Made by a program: the position numbers and the translations under genes. From a candidate division FCPU426 bacterium (GTDB lineage: Bacteria > Oederibacteriota > JAAXVQ01 > JAUVAV01), in the NCBI GenBank assembly GCA_040756875.1, contig JBFLYH010000002.1, positions 446,644 through 510,643 on the forward strand: a stretch of 64,000 bases of DNA. The letters run 5' to 3'. This document shows positions 17,820 through 26,577 of the stretch, one piece after another. Below the pieces are notes generated by a model, which worked only from the letters and a program-made list of their open reading frames with translations, made no database searches and had not been told where the DNA came from. Positions within the stretch are counted from its first letter, which is position 1. Every line of letters begins with the position of its first letter.

Positions 17820-18745
17820 TGATCCGCCCGCTGTTTTTCCCGTCTGCTCCGGGCTGCTTCCAGGCCCCAGGCCAAAGCCGCCAAAGCGATTTCCACGAGC
17901 AGGAACAAAACCCGGTGCGCCCCGGCAATGGCCCAGGCTTGGGCTGGTGGCAGGTTCATGCCCAGGACCAAGACGCTCTCCCTGATGCCCAGGCCGGCCG
18001 GAGCCACTGGCACGATGAACCCCAGGATATAAGCCAGCCCGAACAAGCCCAGGCTGTGGGTGAGCGGGGCCGGATCAAATCCGACGCGCAGGGCATGAAA
18101 CCCGGCTCCCAGGATGAGCCAGATGCCCAGTTGAACCGGCAGCATGGCCAGCGCAAACCGGGGCAGCCCCGAAATCCAGCGCTGCGCCCTGTCCCGCTTG
18201 CCGAGCACCCACCAAACCAGCAACCCCGCGGCTCCCGCAAGGACCGCCAATCCGGCCGAACCGGCTGCCACGGGCAGCTGGCGCGATATCAACGGCAGCC
18301 AGCCGGCGGCGAAAAGGACGGCCACCAGACAGGCGCCGGCCGGCTCGCTGACGGTTTCCAGCACGATGGCGTCGCGGATTTGATCGGGTTTCAGGCCGCG
18401 GAGGGCGTACCACGCCGCTTTGCTGACGAACTGCCAGATACTGCCCGGGGTGTATTTCGCCAGCTGGGAATAATTATAGACGGAAAAAGCGCCGAGCCGG
18501 GGCAGGTTGAACCCCACTTGCCGGACGGAAATTTGCAGGGCGTAAACCAGCAACACTTTGGCGGCTACCAGGCTGAGCACGGCCAGGAGCACCTGCTGCC
18601 AGGACATCCGCCCCAGGGCCAGCCAGACCTCCCCGCCTTTGCGTCCCAGGTAGAGAAACGCGAAAAACAGCACCAGGGCCAGCCACAGCCACTTCCCCCA
18701 AACCAACAGCCGGCTTTGCCAGGCGCGGGACGTGCTCCCGGCCAT
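17810..18745 (-). CDS. Lysylphosphatidylglycerol-synthase-TM-region ('flippase-like') membrane protein
   Basis: 311 aa, about 8 TM, Gly/Ala/Leu-rich. Sits immediately downstream of a DPM1-like GT2. This family often accompanies or is fused to GT2. Confidence 0.5.
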   Translation of the reverse strand: MAGSTSRAWQSRLLVWGKWLWLALVLFFAFLYLGRKGGEVWLALGRMSWQQVLLAVLSLVAAKVLLVYALQISVRQVGFNLPRLGAFSVYNYSQLAKYTPGSIWQFVSKAAWYALRGLKPDQIRDAIVLETVSEPAGACLVAVLFAAGWLPLISRQLPVAAGSAGLAVLAGAAGLLVWWVLGKRDRAQRWISGLPRFALAMLPVQLGIWLILGAGFHALRVGFDPAPLTHSLGLFGLAYILGFIVPVAPAGLGIRESVLVLGMNLPPAQAWAIAGAHRVLFLLVEIALAALAWGLEAARSRREKQRADQCQ

Positions 18746-19789
18746 TTAGTCCCTCCGCAGAGACCGCCGGCCAGCGGTCCCTTTAGGAGCTTTGGCCCGG
18801 GGAGAGGACTTGTGGGATATCCTGTGCGGAGGAACGGCGCTCCCCTCCGAGCCTTGCGACTGCTGTGCGCGCAGCCTGAACTGGATGTCCTCCAGCAGCT
18901 TGCGGTTGACCGCAAACAGGTCGGCCAGAAAGGCGGTCAGCATGGTTTGGAACCCGATGCCCAGCAGCACGGAAGCCAGGATCAGGGACTGCACGTGGCC
19001 CTTGCCTCCGCCCAGTGAGAGATAATAGAGGAACCTCAGGCCCAACAGCAGGCCGGATGAAAACAGCAGCAGGCCGATGGTCATGAAAAATTTAAACGGC
19101 CGGTACACCACGAAGATGCGGAGCATGGTGTTCATGGACCGGGAGATGTAGGTCCAGATGTTCTTGACCAGGCGCGACGGCCGCAAAGGCGCGTTGACGC
19201 CCACGGGGCAGGTGGCGATCAGCAAATTCTTCTGGCCCGCCTGCACGATCGTTTCCAGGGTGTACGTGTAATCGCTGAACACGTTCAAGCGCAGGGCCGT
19301 TTCGCGGCTGATTGCGCGAAACCCGCTGGGCGCATCCTCCACGGGCGTCCGGCTGACCACGCGCACCACCCAGCTGCCCAGGCGCTGCAGCCTTTTTTTC
19401 AGCCAGGAAAAATGGGGGTTGTCCTGGATGGGGCGCGCGCCGATGACCATATCCGCGTTTTTTTCCAGGATCGGCCGGACCAAGCGGGGAATGTCCGCCG
19501 CCGCGTACTGGTTGTCCGCGTCCAGGTTGACGATCACGTCCGCCCCGCGGACCAGGCAGGCTTCCAATCCGGCCATGAACGCCCGGGCCAGGCCCTGGTT
19601 TTTGTTCAGGCGCAGCACGTGATCCGCGCCGAGCGAGCGCGCGGTTTCCGAGGTGCGGTCCGTGCTGCCGTCGTCCACCACCAGCCACTCCACCTGGTCG
19701 AACCCCTCCACCCGGCGCGGCAGGCCGGCCAGGGTGACCGGCAGGGTCTCGGCTTCGTTGAAACAGGGGACCTGGATGATCAGTTTCAT
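18746..19789 (-). CDS. GT2 polyprenyl-phosphate glycosyltransferase (DPM1/GtrB-like) with two C-terminal TM helices
   Basis: MKLIIQVPCFNEAETLP...VVDDGSTDRT...NLDADNQY... plus a C-terminal membrane anchor, as in GtrB/ArnC. Confidence 0.7.
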   Translation of the reverse strand: MKLIIQVPCFNEAETLPVTLAGLPRRVEGFDQVEWLVVDDGSTDRTSETARSLGADHVLRLNKNQGLARAFMAGLEACLVRGADVIVNLDADNQYAAADIPRLVRPILEKNADMVIGARPIQDNPHFSWLKKRLQRLGSWVVRVVSRTPVEDAPSGFRAISRETALRLNVFSDYTYTLETIVQAGQKNLLIATCPVGVNAPLRPSRLVKNIWTYISRSMNTMLRIFVVYRPFKFFMTIGLLLFSSGLLLGLRFLYYLSLGGGKGHVQSLILASVLLGIGFQTMLTAFLADLFAVNRKLLEDIQFRLRAQQSQGSEGSAVPPHRISHKSSPRAKAPKGTAGRRSLRRD

Positions 19790-19790
19790 C

Positions 19791-20996
19791 TCACACCTCC
19801 GCGGCCAAGGACAGGCAGGCTGAAAACAACCGGCGTATGGATTCCTGGAAGCGGGCCAGGCTGTATTCGCGCTCCAGCCGCAGCCGCCCGGCCGTTCCCT
19901 GGCGCGCGCGCAAAGCCGGATCGAGGATCAACGTCCGCAGCGCCGCGGCCAGTCCCGGGACATCGCCCGGTTCGACCAGAAATCCGGTTTCACCGGGTAC
20001 CACCATTTCGGTCGGGCCGCCGTGGTTGGTGGCGACCACCGGCAGGCGGGCGGCCATGGCTTCCAGCAGCACGGTCGGAAACGGATCCGGCCGCAGGGAC
20101 GGCACTGCCATTACGTCCAGGGCGTTCAGCCAGGGCCGCACGTCCGGTGAAAAGGGCTTGAAGACCGTCAGCGGCCCCAGGCCCAACTGCCGGATGCGCG
20201 CTTCCAAATCGGCCCGGGCCTGATCCTGGCCCGGAATGCCTCCGCCGCCCAGCAGGCACTTGAACTTCAACTCCGGATGCCGGGACCGCAGCTGGGCCAG
20301 GGCGTCGAGCAGGAACTCCTGGCCTTTCCAGCTGCCGATGCGGCCCAGGCAGCCTATCAGCACTTCGTCTTTCGCGATCCCCAGGGCTGCACGGTCCGCC
20401 GGCCGGTCGCGGGGCTGGTCGTAAAACGGCAAATCCAGCCCGTTGTGGATGACCACCAGCTTGTTTGCCAAGGCGGGCTGGACGCCTGTCCAGAAATCGC
20501 GGACCGGCCGGCTGACGGCAATGACCCGGTCCGCCCAGCGGTTCAGGGCCGCGGCCAGCAGGCGGGAAAACCAGCGCGGTTTCTGGACGATCTCGTGCAG
20601 GTGCCAGACATGGGGCCGCCCGGCCCTCAGCGCGGCCAGCGCGCCGCACCACACGGCGCTGGTGGCGCTGTACACCAGCTCGATCCCTTCGGTTTTGATC
20701 AGGCGTCTGACCGCGCCCACGGCCCGGAACAGCTGCCAGCTGTATCCGGGCAGCTTCCAGGGTGACAAATACTTGCGCCGTAAAATACCCAGGGGCATGA
20801 CCCGCACCGGGCAGTTCCGTTTTTGCAGTTCCCGCTCGAGTTCGCCCTGATACGGCAGGTCGTTGGGCAGGAGCACGGTGAGCTGCCAGCCCGCGGGTTG
20901 CAGGGTGTCAACCACGCGCAGCAGCACCAAATCCGCCCCGAACAGCTCGTTGGCGGAATGGATGATCAAAACCTTGAATCCGGGCATCCCAAGCAC
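19791..20996 (-). CDS. Glycosyltransferase family 4
   Basis: 401 aa. Carries ...AVPSLRPDPFPTVLLEAMAARLPVVATNHGGPTEMV.... The alternative ATG at 20987 would give MPGFKVLII... Confidence 0.7.
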   Translation of the reverse strand: MLGMPGFKVLIIHSANELFGADLVLLRVVDTLQPAGWQLTVLLPNDLPYQGELERELQKRNCPVRVMPLGILRRKYLSPWKLPGYSWQLFRAVGAVRRLIKTEGIELVYSATSAVWCGALAALRAGRPHVWHLHEIVQKPRWFSRLLAAALNRWADRVIAVSRPVRDFWTGVQPALANKLVVIHNGLDLPFYDQPRDRPADRAALGIAKDEVLIGCLGRIGSWKGQEFLLDALAQLRSRHPELKFKCLLGGGGIPGQDQARADLEARIRQLGLGPLTVFKPFSPDVRPWLNALDVMAVPSLRPDPFPTVLLEAMAARLPVVATNHGGPTEMVVPGETGFLVEPGDVPGLAAALRTLILDPALRARQGTAGRLRLEREYSLARFQESIRRLFSACLSLAAEV

Positions 20997-21095
20997 CTTC
21001 AGAGTGGAGTGACCCCCCGGACTAAAGCTCCCCTGCGGAGGGATTGACGAATAGGGTTCATGTTGAAACTCATGTATCTTTCCGTTTTTCGCAAA

Positions 21096-22079
21096 TCAAG
21101 GCTTCAGAAAATACCCTTGCCGTATCCGGTATTCGTTTAAAATTTCTTTATCCGTCACTGACGTCCGGCGTTTTTGTCCCATAAAATAATATCCGGAAGC
21201 GGCCAAAGCCGAATCACGACGCCCAGCCAAATAGTAGTCAAAGTATTTCAAACCAAATGCCGTAAGATGAACGAAAAGCGTCGCGATTTTCTGCATAATG
21301 CCGGATTGAAAAAAAGCCATAAGAAAATTTTTGATTATTTCCGCCAAGGCTACGCCAGGACCGTTGACAATACCCGATGCCAGTTCGTCAAATTGCCGAA
21401 AAAGCCGGCGGTGACCTATGGGCGTATAACGGGTGAAATCATAGGGCCAGCCATGAATCGGTTGCATAAAAGGCGTTTCGGCGTACACCAACGCTCGTGA
21501 CTTAAGTACGCGCCAAATCTCGGCGACGCATGCCGGTGCATCCGCCACATGCTCCAACACCGCTTGCACGATTACCGCATCGAAGTATCCGTCAGGAAAA
21601 GGTATCTGGTGGGCATCTACAATAACGGCCGTCCTTGGCCCAAAGGATACATCCGTTTCGATCAAGCGCAAGTCCGGAAAGCGCAACAGGACTTTTATGC
21701 CTTCGCCAATTATACTGCCGCCTAAAATCAATACTTTGGGGTGGGGGTGTTGCCGCAACAAACGCCCCGCCAACTTTTGGTAATTTGCCGCCGCGGATAT
21801 ATTGCACGACAGTTTGGGCAGCAAATGAAATACCTTTTTTCCCAACGTGGGTCTCGCGGTGTTTTTGAAAAAGGTGTCTTTGCGCTCCAAGTAGTCTCGT
21901 TGTTGAAATACGCTGCGTCTTTCATCAATCATGACCGGAATACCATCCACAATCGGAAAAGTCAGACGGCATGTTTTTTTATCGCACAGCAATTCGTTTT
22001 TTAGCCTGTGCAACCGGGAACCGCAGGCCGGACACCGTAAATCATTATGGTTGAATGGATCTTCTGGTTTAGACATCAT
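21096..22079 (-). CDS. Class I SAM-dependent methyltransferase with N-terminal Trm112-like zinc ribbon (CPACG...C..C)
   Basis: MMSKPEDPFNHNDLRCPACGSRLHRL...CDKKTCRLTFPIVDGIPVM..., then a methyltransferase fold (...VLILGGSIIGEG...VIVQAVLEHV...). Markedly lower GC than neighbours. The ATG at 22079 has GGAAAG 7 nt upstream; the ATG at 22103 is an alternative. Confidence 0.6.
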   Translation of the reverse strand: MMSKPEDPFNHNDLRCPACGSRLHRLKNELLCDKKTCRLTFPIVDGIPVMIDERRSVFQQRDYLERKDTFFKNTARPTLGKKVFHLLPKLSCNISAAANYQKLAGRLLRQHPHPKVLILGGSIIGEGIKVLLRFPDLRLIETDVSFGPRTAVIVDAHQIPFPDGYFDAVIVQAVLEHVADAPACVAEIWRVLKSRALVYAETPFMQPIHGWPYDFTRYTPIGHRRLFRQFDELASGIVNGPGVALAEIIKNFLMAFFQSGIMQKIATLFVHLTAFGLKYFDYYLAGRRDSALAASGYYFMGQKRRTSVTDKEILNEYRIRQGYFLKP

Positions 22080-22106
22080 TTTCGCTTTCCGGATGTGAAC
22101 CATCGT

Positions 22107-22826
22107 TTATTCCGAAGATGCCACGGACCGGTTTTTAATGACGCGCGCCGGCACACCCGCCACAACGCTGAAGGGCGGGACATCCTTGGTCACCACACTG
22201 CCCGCCGCGACCACGCTGCCCTGGCCGATGCGCACGCCGTCCAGTATGATGCAGCCGGTGCCGAGCCAGCAGTTGTCCTCGACCACGATCCCCTGGCGGG
22301 TGACTCCCTGCTGGCGCATGGGGATGCGCGGGTCGGAAAACACGTGGTTCTCCGCGAACAGCCCCACGCGCGGACCCATCAACACGTCCTCGCCGATCTG
22401 AATGAACCCGGCGCAGCCGACGTAACTGAAGGCCCCTACATTGGAGCGGGCGCCGATGGAAAAGCCCTCCCCGAGTTCGCGGCCGTAGTATCCGGAGGGA
22501 CGGATCATGGCCAGGCGCCCGATGGTCACCTGGTCGCCCAGGGTGACGCCGCGCCGGGACAAGCCCTGGACCTCGCAGCCTGATTCCAGCACGACGTTCC
22601 GGCCCAGGTGCAAACAGCGGGGATTGCGAAGCATGGCGCCCGGATGGATGAACTGCATTCCGCGGGCAGATCCAAACCACGGCCGCCACCATAGTCCCCG
22701 CAGCAGGCTCCATCCCATCCGGCCGACAATCGCGAGCACGTCGCCGCCGGTCAGCGCGGGATCCAAAGCGTAGGCCGGATCCTTCTTCATCCGGCGCAAC
22801 AGCGCGTTAATGGTTTTTTTCAGCAT
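22107..22826 (-). CDS. Hexapeptide-repeat (left-handed beta-helix) acetyltransferase (WbbJ/maltose O-acetyltransferase-like)
   Basis: Start MLKKTINALLRRMKKDPAY... Tandem [LIV]G-x4 hexapeptide repeats (...IGARSNVGAFSYVGCAGFIQIGEDVLMGPRVGLF...). Confidence 0.7.
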   Translation of the reverse strand: MLKKTINALLRRMKKDPAYALDPALTGGDVLAIVGRMGWSLLRGLWWRPWFGSARGMQFIHPGAMLRNPRCLHLGRNVVLESGCEVQGLSRRGVTLGDQVTIGRLAMIRPSGYYGRELGEGFSIGARSNVGAFSYVGCAGFIQIGEDVLMGPRVGLFAENHVFSDPRIPMRQQGVTRQGIVVEDNCWLGTGCIILDGVRIGQGSVVAAGSVVTKDVPPFSVVAGVPARVIKNRSVASSE

Positions 22827-23949
22827 GGCGTTTGCACAACTCCCCGGCCAGTGCTTCCAGCGCACGGGCGGATTTTTCCCACGAAAAACGTTCCAGTTGC
22901 CTTCCGCCGGCCTCGGTCAGCTTCGCCGCCGCGTCGGAATCCAGCAGCGAATTCAAGGCGCCGGCTATGGCTGACTCGGACAGTGGATCGAAATACACCG
23001 CGCCGTCGCCGGCTACTTCCCGCAACACGGGCAAATCCGAACACGCCACCGGCGTGCCGCAGGCGAACGCCTCCAGCACCGGAATGCCGAAACCTTCATA
23101 CAGCGTCGGAAACACCAAGGCCGTGGCGCCCTGATACAGGCCGGGCAATTCGGCCAGCGGCAGATGTCCGGTCAGCAGCACCCGTTCGGACAAGCCCAGT
23201 TTCTCAATCTCAGCCCGGACGGTCTCTGAATCGTCCAGATCCTGTTTGGGGCCTGGTTGGCCGACCAAAACCAGGGATATCCCCGAATGGGCCCTGGCCA
23301 CTTCGGCGAACGCCCGGATCAGCCGCGGCAAATTTTTTCTTTTTTCCATGACCCCGACGTGCAGAAAATATCTCTTCGGCCGCAGTCCCCGGCCAGCCAG
23401 CGCCGGGGCGATCTGCCCGGGCAGGGCAGGCCGGTACACCTCGCGGTTGCAGGCCGGCGGCACCACCGCGATCTTGTCCGCCGGCACCTTAAACAGTTCC
23501 GCGATTTGCCGCTTGGCCGTTTCGGTAATCGTGACGATCCGGCCGGCCGAACGGATCGCCGGTTTATAGATCCATTGAAACAGCATCAGCCAAAAACGGT
23601 TGTACTCCGCCGGGCGCAGAATGAACGCCGCATCATAGACGACCACCAGGCGCGGCAGCGGGCAAAAGCGGGGCGACAGGTATTCCGGGGAGAGCAGAAC
23701 GTCGCATCCCTTCCGCCAGGCCAGAAACGGCAGCTGGATTTGAATCCACCCCCACAGGCGCGCGTGGTTCCATATGGTGCCCCACTTGCCGCCGGATTTC
23801 ACCGGATACTCTTCGGGAATGAATTCCCGGATCTCCGTCGGGCTGCCGCCGCGCCGCCAGACGCCCAGCAATTCCCGGATATACACGCCCGCCCCGGTCC
23901 GGGCAGTGGCCAGACAGGCCAGATCCATCCCTATCCGCAAGGGGTTCAC
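22807..23949 (-). CDS. Glycosyltransferase family 4
   Basis: 380 aa. Carries ...LVFPTLYEGFGIPVLEAFACGTPVACSDLPVLREVAGD... Confidence 0.7.
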   Translation of the reverse strand: MNPLRIGMDLACLATARTGAGVYIRELLGVWRRGGSPTEIREFIPEEYPVKSGGKWGTIWNHARLWGWIQIQLPFLAWRKGCDVLLSPEYLSPRFCPLPRLVVVYDAAFILRPAEYNRFWLMLFQWIYKPAIRSAGRIVTITETAKRQIAELFKVPADKIAVVPPACNREVYRPALPGQIAPALAGRGLRPKRYFLHVGVMEKRKNLPRLIRAFAEVARAHSGISLVLVGQPGPKQDLDDSETVRAEIEKLGLSERVLLTGHLPLAELPGLYQGATALVFPTLYEGFGIPVLEAFACGTPVACSDLPVLREVAGDGAVYFDPLSESAIAGALNSLLDSDAAAKLTEAGGRQLERFSWEKSARALEALAGELCKRHAEKNH

Positions 23950-25832
23950 AGCGCCTGAAACTCCTTCGTTTCAGACGGCGCCCGAAGATCGGCGTTATTC
24001 TGGAAAACCCAGCCAATCAGCCACCAGGTAATGAAAACCAGGAAGTAATTAATGTAAACCTGCGACGTCATTCCCAGAATCACAATACTGGAAAGCGCGG
24101 CTAAAGCAATTACAGCAACCCACTGAACAATTTCATTCTTGTTCTGCATGATTACCCTTGCTAGAGCGGCCAGAACGATGCCATGTAAAAAGATGAAAAG
24201 CCCCATGCCCATCAAGCCGATTTCCCTTCCCAAAATGAGATATTGATTCTCGCCGCCGACAGTGCCCTGAAATCGTTTCCCAATAAATCCCGCGCTGCCA
24301 AGTCCGGTACCCGTCATTTGTTGTTGGATGATATCCACGCTTTTCTTCCATTCTCCCAAGTGCCCCTGCGCTGAAGCTTCCTGGAAGGTTGCTGTACCAA
24401 ATATCCATTGGCTTAACTCATTGGTGGCAAAAATAATCAGCGCCAAGGCTGCCGTTAGCCATATTAACCGCCACCCCAAGTGGAGATGTCGGTGGTGTAA
24501 AAACCAGGTCAGCAGCAACAGTTCGACACCCGCGCCGAAAATCGCCGCCCGGGTAAAGGCGAGTAAAAATACCGACATTAAAAAGGAAAAAACCAAAATA
24601 CGGAGCGTCGATTGTTTGGCATTCCTGGCCTGCGCGCACCAATAAACAGTCACAGGTATGATTAGTATCATGGCATAGGCAAAATCGATAGGGCCTAGGA
24701 AAAAACTGCCCAGACGCCGGACAATGTACCCTTCCAGCCAAAAAGTGAATGGCAAACCATTCGGCGTAGGGAAAACACTATTAAATGAGTGTTTAATATA
24801 ATCCGTATATCCCAAATGAAGCCAGATATCGGTAAGCACGAAGCCCTTTTCCAGCGCGCCGGCCAGACAGGCCGCGATACCCAAGGCCAGCATGGCCAGG
24901 AAAAACCGCTTGATTTGATCAGAAGACAGGCTGAACATCCGCCCCAGGTAAAAACAAACGATAAAATACACATTGTAGCGGAGGCTGTACAGCGCGGCAT
25001 GGGGCACCGCCGAACCCCGGGCCTGGTAAAAGGCGGCGAAATTGAAAACCACGAAAACCGCCAACAGGAAATCCGTCCACCCCAACCGCGGTTTGGCCTG
25101 CCCGCTGAACCAAAGCCAGCCGGCTTTGGCCGCCAATACCACCAGCAGGATGTCCTTCCAGGCCCGAATCAATTTATCGGCCATGGGACTCAGGCCGACT
25201 TGTTCGGTTAAAAAAGTCATCATTAAATGGTGCACGGGCAGCAGCAGCAGGAACAGCCACAATCCCAGTTGCGGTTTGTGCCAGGTTAAAACCACCAGCC
25301 AACCCAATACCGCCAGGGCGGCCAGGGAATTGTACCTTCCGCTGAACATCAACATGCCGATAAAGCCCGCGAACAACGCCAAGACAACCGCGGCCGAGCG
25401 ATCGTCAACAGCGCCTTCCCGGCGTTGTTCAAACCAGGCCAGCCAGAGCCCGAATCCACTCAAGATTGTTTTCAGTTCCCAAAACGGGATCCAGCCTCTC
25501 AGCCAGAGATTGCATAGCGTATTAATTATCATGGCAGCTGACATTCCCAAGCCAAAAACGAAAAGCGGACGGCCAAGGGCCAGCGCAAAGATGCTGCTGC
25601 GGCGGAGGCGGTCAAGCAGATAGGTCGAGGTCAAGCCGGCGGACCAGCTTGCCAGCAAGCCCGTCAATCCCAGGCCGCCGGCCCACCACTTCAACAGGAG
25701 GGAACGGCCGGCTGCCGAACGCACTTTCTCAATCCAGGTGGAGATCAGGGAAGTTGAAAACGCGGCTGTGATTTTATCCCACATGTCGGAAAACGCCCGC
25801 GGCTTCCATGCCGATGCAGAAGAGGATTTCAC
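23946..25832 (-). CDS. O-antigen ligase / Wzy-like polymerase family membrane protein (large, 628 aa); low-GC gene
   Basis: Polytopic. Carries ...FTRAAIFGAGVELLLLTWFLHHRH... and ...ILGREIGLMGMGLFIF..., typical of Wzy_C. Roughly 50% GC versus about 68% for the surroundings. Confidence 0.6.
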   Translation of the reverse strand: MKSSSASAWKPRAFSDMWDKITAAFSTSLISTWIEKVRSAAGRSLLLKWWAGGLGLTGLLASWSAGLTSTYLLDRLRRSSIFALALGRPLFVFGLGMSAAMIINTLCNLWLRGWIPFWELKTILSGFGLWLAWFEQRREGAVDDRSAAVVLALFAGFIGMLMFSGRYNSLAALAVLGWLVVLTWHKPQLGLWLFLLLLPVHHLMMTFLTEQVGLSPMADKLIRAWKDILLVVLAAKAGWLWFSGQAKPRLGWTDFLLAVFVVFNFAAFYQARGSAVPHAALYSLRYNVYFIVCFYLGRMFSLSSDQIKRFFLAMLALGIAACLAGALEKGFVLTDIWLHLGYTDYIKHSFNSVFPTPNGLPFTFWLEGYIVRRLGSFFLGPIDFAYAMILIIPVTVYWCAQARNAKQSTLRILVFSFLMSVFLLAFTRAAIFGAGVELLLLTWFLHHRHLHLGWRLIWLTAALALIIFATNELSQWIFGTATFQEASAQGHLGEWKKSVDIIQQQMTGTGLGSAGFIGKRFQGTVGGENQYLILGREIGLMGMGLFIFLHGIVLAALARVIMQNKNEIVQWVAVIALAALSSIVILGMTSQVYINYFLVFITWWLIGWVFQNNADLRAPSETKEFQAL

Positions 25833-26335
25833 GGTTTCGCGAAAGGTTGGTAATCCTGACTGATGATTTCGCCCAGCTGGTTGACCCGGGAGTTGTTCAG
25901 CTCAAACTCCTGGCCGATTTGGAGTTTCAAAACGAACGAGGAATGGCTATAGATCATTTTCGAGGGATAAACCAGCACCGGCCGGTTGAAAAGCACATGC
26001 AATTTGACTTCATTTTTAAAGGGGTGGTTTTCGACGACCAACCGCCCGTTGACGTCGTTGTTGACGATCTTTTCCGGCGTGACCGAAAGGATGTTGTCGA
26101 TCGAGCCATACGACCGCACGCCGCTTTTAAAGCGCAGGCTGTACAACTTGTCGCCCGCTTGCAACGAATCAATGACCGCCTGCGGCTGGTTCTTCAGCAT
26201 CACGCCGACTCCGGTGATTTGCCCGATCGGTTTCGCTCCTCCAATTACTTTGGTTCCAAAGAAAATCGCGGCACCGAAAAACAGAATCAAGACCGACCAA
26301 TCAATAAAATTGAATCTCTTTATAGGATTTTCCAC
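25829..26335 (-). CDS. Small membrane-anchored protein (about 168 aa), paralogue of 6396..6902; likely GTG start
   Basis: GTG at 26335 is preceded by GGGAGGG 8 nt upstream, giving VENPIKRFNFIDWSVLILFFGAAIFFG... with a single N-terminal TM. ATGA-type overlap with the downstream Wzy-like gene. The annotated ATG at 26491 adds an implausible low-complexity N-terminus. Confidence 0.5.
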   Translation of the reverse strand: MENPIKRFNFIDWSVLILFFGAAIFFGTKVIGGAKPIGQITGVGVMLKNQPQAVIDSLQAGDKLYSLRFKSGVRSYGSIDNILSVTPEKIVNNDVNGRLVVENHPFKNEVKLHVLFNRPVLVYPSKMIYSHSSFVLKLQIGQEFELNNSRVNQLGEIISQDYQPFAKP

Positions 26336-26481
26336 CTTGGAACCCTCCCGGAAAGGCGGTATGTTACGGCAACTATACCTGAAAGTCAAATTAAAACGGC
26401 CCTCAAACCGGGGGCCGAACCAGCAGCATTGTACCTCGATTGCACTTTTCGCGATACTTAAAAAATATGGCCGGAAAAGGC

Positions 26482-26510
26482 TTGAAAACACAGCCTGACC
26501 ACTATATTCT
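26482..26510 (+). promoter_or_regulatory. Sigma70-like promoter TTGAAA-N17-TATTCT upstream of the only plus-strand gene
   Basis: Read directly; about 65 nt upstream of the ATG at 26578. Confidence 0.4.
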
Positions 26511-26577
26511 GGCTGCTGATTGCGGGCATGGTAATAGCCCTGAATGCCTTACTCTTTTCCGGGAAAGCACGGTTTTC

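Noticed and set aside
17777-19018. 413-aa plus-strand ORF and many other long plus-strand ORFs (e.g. 3825..5066, 10530..11651, 11542..13026, 32419-33414 region)
   Set aside because: All are antisense to well-supported minus-strand genes and have the characteristic high-GC antisense composition.
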